64,000 nucleotides of DNA from assembly GCF_030684315.1 (NCBI RefSeq), contig NC_081368.1, forward strand, positions 49,615,734-49,679,733. The letters are read 5' to 3'. This stretch comes from Stegostoma tigrinum (lineage: Eukaryota). The notes below the pieces were generated by a model, which searched no databases, was not told the origin of the DNA, and saw nothing but the letters and a program-made list of their open reading frames with translations. The position numbers were made by a program, and so were the translations under genes. This document shows, in pieces, positions 61,571 to 64,000 of the stretch (positions are counted from its first letter, which is position 1; the number at the start of each line of letters is the position of its first letter).

Positions 61571-62151
61571 AAAAATAAAAGTGAATATGTTTCATGAACT
61601 ATACCTGAACATCCTGTGAAAATATTGGTCTCAGCATGAAGTAGATAACACTGAATGATCCAAATATATTCACTTGTGTTCACCCTTCTGGAATATTTCT
61701 ATTTCTGTCTTCATATGCTGTATCTCCATACTTTTCTCAATTTATTCTTACTTTCCATTGCCTGCATTGATTAATTTAATCCATTATTGCTGTAATAATA
61801 TCTGGTAGCTTGTGTAATATCAAAAGTCTGCAATAATTAACAAAGTGCATGGGATAATTAGAATTAACTGGTGTTTGGACAGTTTTGTTATAAAATGAAT
61901 GCCAGAATTGCAGTTAAATGTTCTCAAAGTAGCAAAAGCAGTTACAAAACTCAACTTAAATCAGCATGACACTGTCCTTTGTCCAACAGCCGTACAGTTG
62001 TGAGATTTCTTAATCCTAATGAGCAATATTTGCCGTTTGATAATGTCATCAGAGACCCAGTAACCAGATGTAGCTGTAGCGATTGTGAAACAGATCCTAC
62101 ACTAGCTACTGAGCAACTGATTGACATCTTTTATCCAACAATTAGGAAACG

Positions 62152-62196
62152 TCATGTTGTGGTTTCTGCAGAATCAGGTTGGAGTTTCATTTCATC
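62152..62196 (-). CDS. Possible terminal coding exon of an unidentified minus-strand gene entering from the right
   Basis: Good acceptor gttttattctattacag| followed by DEMKLQPDSAETTT*. No family recognised. Confidence 0.25.
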   Translation of the reverse strand, partial: DEMKLQPDSAETTT

Positions 62197-64000
62197 CTGT
62201 AATAGAATAAAACATACATAAGCTGCATTTAATATGGTGTAGGAAACCAAAGCCCGTTGGCCAAATAAGATCATCTCAGTCAAAATCCAACAGAAGTTGG
62301 AAGATGACGATCAAAATAAGCCCTCAAACTTTACACATGAGCAACTTCACAAACATTAACCAGCCATTCAGGCTGTGAAAGTTGAATCCCCCTCCAGAGT
62401 CACAGGATGACAATAGGAAAGTGCCAAGAACTGCCTGACAATTTGAGCATCTTGTTAGCTCCAAAATTCAAATACAGCAGTTCCTTTTCTTAGTTTATAG
62501 TTCTACTCACTTGTTGCATCACTTTCTGTTTTAATGAAACCCAGTTAATTCTAATGGGAAATAACAAATATCAATTCCTTCATTTGTGCTTTGGTTTATT
62601 TGCAGGAACCAATTTTACCACAGGAAATGTTGCAAAGGAAATTCTTGGGGCATAAATGCAATATTGGTAATGAGCCACTGCAAATCAAAAACATATGAGT
62701 TGCAAAATAACATGTCGTTTAAAGTGCCGATAGAAAATGAAAACAGGATGCGTGTATTGGCTGGTTCCTCTCATTGATGATTTAACCATGCACAAAGGAA
62801 AGTGATCAAAGTAATTACAGGAGTGATTTTAACTCTATGAACCCAGGTTGTTAAACCATCACGAGACTTAACCAGTCTTTTCCTTTAACTAGCGGCCAAA
62901 GGGGCTTATAGGGACTGTCAATGAATATGCTGGTCACAGGGTCTGATGATGTCATTGAGCTCCAAAGACAATTTAAAAACTAGCCTCAGTTGGGAAACTG
63001 TTGTAAGTGTGAACAGGGAAAGGCTGAAACAGCTTTATATTTCTTATTCAGCTAAAAGTAACATTTAGGCGTCCCTTTTTATCTGCCACTTCCACCATCA
63101 CTCATTGTGCCTACTGCCAGACCCTCCTGAAATCCCCACAATACAGGAAGTATTGTTCTGTTTGACGTGTCTCATTCCTCTGGGAATGCCACAAAAAGAT
63201 GAAAATGTTGATCAGAATCCCGTGGATCTTTGCCCTAATACTGCAATTAATGGTTTTGTTCCATTTTGGGAAACTGTTCTTTTATGTAAATGTCTCCCAA
63301 TAGGACGTGCCAGTCTGATGTAGAGGCATAGATGAAAAATGTTACCCTGAGCTGGTTGTGTTGAGTTTCAACCTGTTGTTACCCACTGACTAGTTAACAT
63401 TGTAATAAAAATAATCTTCTCACACTGAAAAAATACTCAAGTAAATAAAACCAGCACAAATATTTCTGAAAGATATAATTTAACACCTCTTTCTTTTAGA
63501 ACATCCAGTACATTTCAATGTAAGACTAACAGAATTACTTTACTTTAAGAGAAAATTGTCAAAAGCAGTTGTTCTGGCAAAATATTTTGCCAATGTTTGG
63601 AATCTCGTGTCACTTACAGCATTCTATCAACAAAACTTATTATATAGTAAAACAATAATTGTATACACTGTTAAAAAGCCTTTTCCTGATTTTAAACAAT
63701 GTGGGATCCCCATCGTTGTGCATCTCCAGAAACACTTTTTAGCATTTTATCATCCTTTATTGGCCCAATTTTGCTGATTAACTTTCATAGTCACAAAGTG
63801 TCATCACAATTTGATGTAGTGGAATTTCTCAATCAATGATGAAATTTCTATATTTCCTTAACTGTAAACTTGCTGCGTGCCTAAGCGTATACTTTGAAGG
63901 GACAGTAGATTGCACTCTAGTTACTTTGATACATGGCTGCACAGCATCTCATTAATCAGGCACGAAGCAAGCCTGCTGAATGCTTTGTTTATGTCAGCAG

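Noticed and set aside
1-64000. CRISPR arrays, operons or prokaryotic defence systems
   Set aside because: The DNA is vertebrate with spliced genes. There is no regular repeat-spacer array and no long uninterrupted ORF.

Overview
Eukaryotic genomic DNA from a cartilaginous fish, very probably a shark: AT-rich, with HE1-type V-SINEs and abundant CR1 LINEs and Penelope-like elements. The ORF track misses most real genes because they are spliced. By hand I could reconstruct three complete genes in the same order as at human Xq28: BRCC3 (minus, 8 coding exons, 29342->13325, 261 aa, with a U12-type AT-AC intron), CMC4 (plus, 30487->31634, 67 aa, head-to-head with BRCC3) and FUNDC2 (minus, 5 coding exons, 52344->42411, 151 aa). 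Downstream of BRCC3 is the first coding exon of a monoamine-oxidase-like gene (8083->8026); the rest of that gene appears to lie left of the window. The most unusual non-genic signals are about 15 minimal hammerhead-ribozyme motifs carried by Penelope-derived repeats, a TSD-flanked two-hammerhead retrozyme-like insertion (51179-51612), a decayed tRNA-Pro(AGG) with an intron at the canonical position, and a roughly 110-bp inverted repeat pair (53641/55486). Exon coordinates were read at base level; repeat boundaries are approximate. Homology calls rest on recalled sequences, and no database searches were run.
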